Assembly (NCBI GenBank): GCA_021801905.1
Contig: JAKABJ010000001.1
Coordinates: 1-46,614, forward strand
DNA: 46,614 nucleotides
From: Candidatus Micrarchaeota archaeon
GTDB taxonomy: Archaea > Micrarchaeota > Micrarchaeia > Micrarchaeales > Micrarchaeaceae
Direction of reading: 5' to 3'
Each line of letters begins with the position of its first letter. Position 1 is the stretch's first letter. The notes under the pieces are model-generated. The model was given only the letters and a program-made list of their open reading frames with translations, made no database searches and was not told the DNA's origin. Position numbers and translations under genes: made by a program. Below are positions 46,102 through 46,614 of this stretch, one piece after another.

Positions 46102-46614
46102 TTATTCCTTCTTTAGATCTCTTTTTATAGCTTCATTCTTTAGCAGCTGTATAGCGCTTGCCGGATCCACTCCTTTTGGACAAACTTTTGAGCATGCGCC
46201 TGCAAATTCACACCCCCATATGCCATCTAGAGTATCAATACTTTCTATCCTTTTTCCATCGAGCTGGTCTCTTGAATCCTTATAGTACCTATAAGCTTGC
46301 GAAAGAGGTTGAGGGCCTATAAAATCTTTGTTGGTATTGACAACAGGGCAGGCATCCATGCACAAGCCACACATTATGCAGTAAGAATATGGAAGGAACT
46401 TTTCTATTTCCTGTTGGCTCTGCTGGTATTCATGCTGAGCCACGTATTGCTCTTTTTTATCCTCCCTGTGAAGCCATGGCTTTATGGAGATGTGCTTGTT
46501 AAAAAATTCATCAAAATCAGTAACAAGGTCTTTGATAAGGGGGTGCGCCTCCATGGGGCCGACCTCTATTTTTCCATCTATTGCATTGTTTATAGCATTT
46601 GCCTCGCATGCCAG
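46102..46614 (-). CDS. sdhB: Succinate dehydrogenase/fumarate reductase iron-sulfur subunit; 5' end beyond window
   Basis: It has the Cys clusters CIMCGLCMDACP and CEFAGACSKVCPKG. The reading frame stays open upstream of the ORF-track Met (…LACEANAINNAIDGKIEVGPMEAHPLIKDL), so the gene continues past 46614. Confidence 0.88.
   Translation of the reverse strand: MACEANAINNAIDGKIEVGPMEAHPLIKDLVTDFDEFFNKHISIKPWLHREDKKEQYVAQHEYQQSQQEIEKFLPYSYCIMCGLCMDACPVVNTNKDFIGPQPLSQAYRYYKDSRDQLDGKRIESIDTLDGIWGCEFAGACSKVCPKGVDPASAIQLLKNEAIKRDLKKE

Noticed and set aside
1-46614. Search for CRISPR arrays, IS elements/transposases, integrases, toxin-antitoxin pairs or long direct repeats flanking the 34.4-39.2 kb operon
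   Set aside because: Reading by eye I saw no repeat-spacer periodicity, no DDE or tyrosine-recombinase-like ORFs and no duplicated tRNA fragments. The only similarity between the operon flanks (gctcacttcc vs gctcactcc) is too short to mean anything. A computational repeat search would be needed to be definitive.

Overview
This is a densely packed, A+T-rich archaeal chromosomal window. Archaeal markers include aEF-2 with the diphthamide His motif, uS7/uS12/eL30, RpoK, PCNA, Taw1, a geranylgeranyl reductase, a Sec11-type signal peptidase and a class III signal-peptide pilin. I support about 48 protein genes and 2 tRNAs; most ORF-track entries antisense to these genes are shadow ORFs. The housekeeping blocks are as follows. 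(1) A fragment of the translation (str) cluster, eL30-uS12-uS7-aEF2, without nusA. (2) SMC, an M50 protease, RpoK and a lipid reductase. (3) A suf Fe-S operon (sufB-sufD-HTH-sufC-sufS-sufU) with a perfect palindrome over its promoter. (4) TCA-cycle genes: citZ-mdh-acnA-thrC-like in one operon, plus icd, fumC and a partial sdhB. (5) cydAB with a coupled third membrane gene. (6) proS, taw1 and pcn. The stand-out is a tightly coupled seven-gene plus-strand operon at about 34.4-39.2 kb, between taw1 and cydA. It encodes a signal-peptide-bearing two-helix small membrane protein, a polytopic membrane protein, a 2-TM protein with a cytosolic domain, a VirB4/HerA/FtsK-class P-loop ATPase, and three unknowns in a more A+T-rich tail. 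I interpret it as a minimal conjugation-type (VirB2/VirB6/VirB3-VirB4-like, Ced/Ted-like) transfer apparatus. No relaxase, coupling protein, integrase or replication gene is visible. This rests on architecture and motifs only, because no database search was possible. Other items worth a second look are a tRNA-Leu(UAA) with a 17-nt hairpin insertion in the D-loop, a 74-aa highly basic tandem-repeat protein, a Cys-bearing HTH gene inside the suf operon, and a signal peptidase with a large insertion. Lineage cannot be fixed from the window; the features are compatible with a small-genome DPANN/Micrarchaeota-like or Thermoplasmata-like archaeon.
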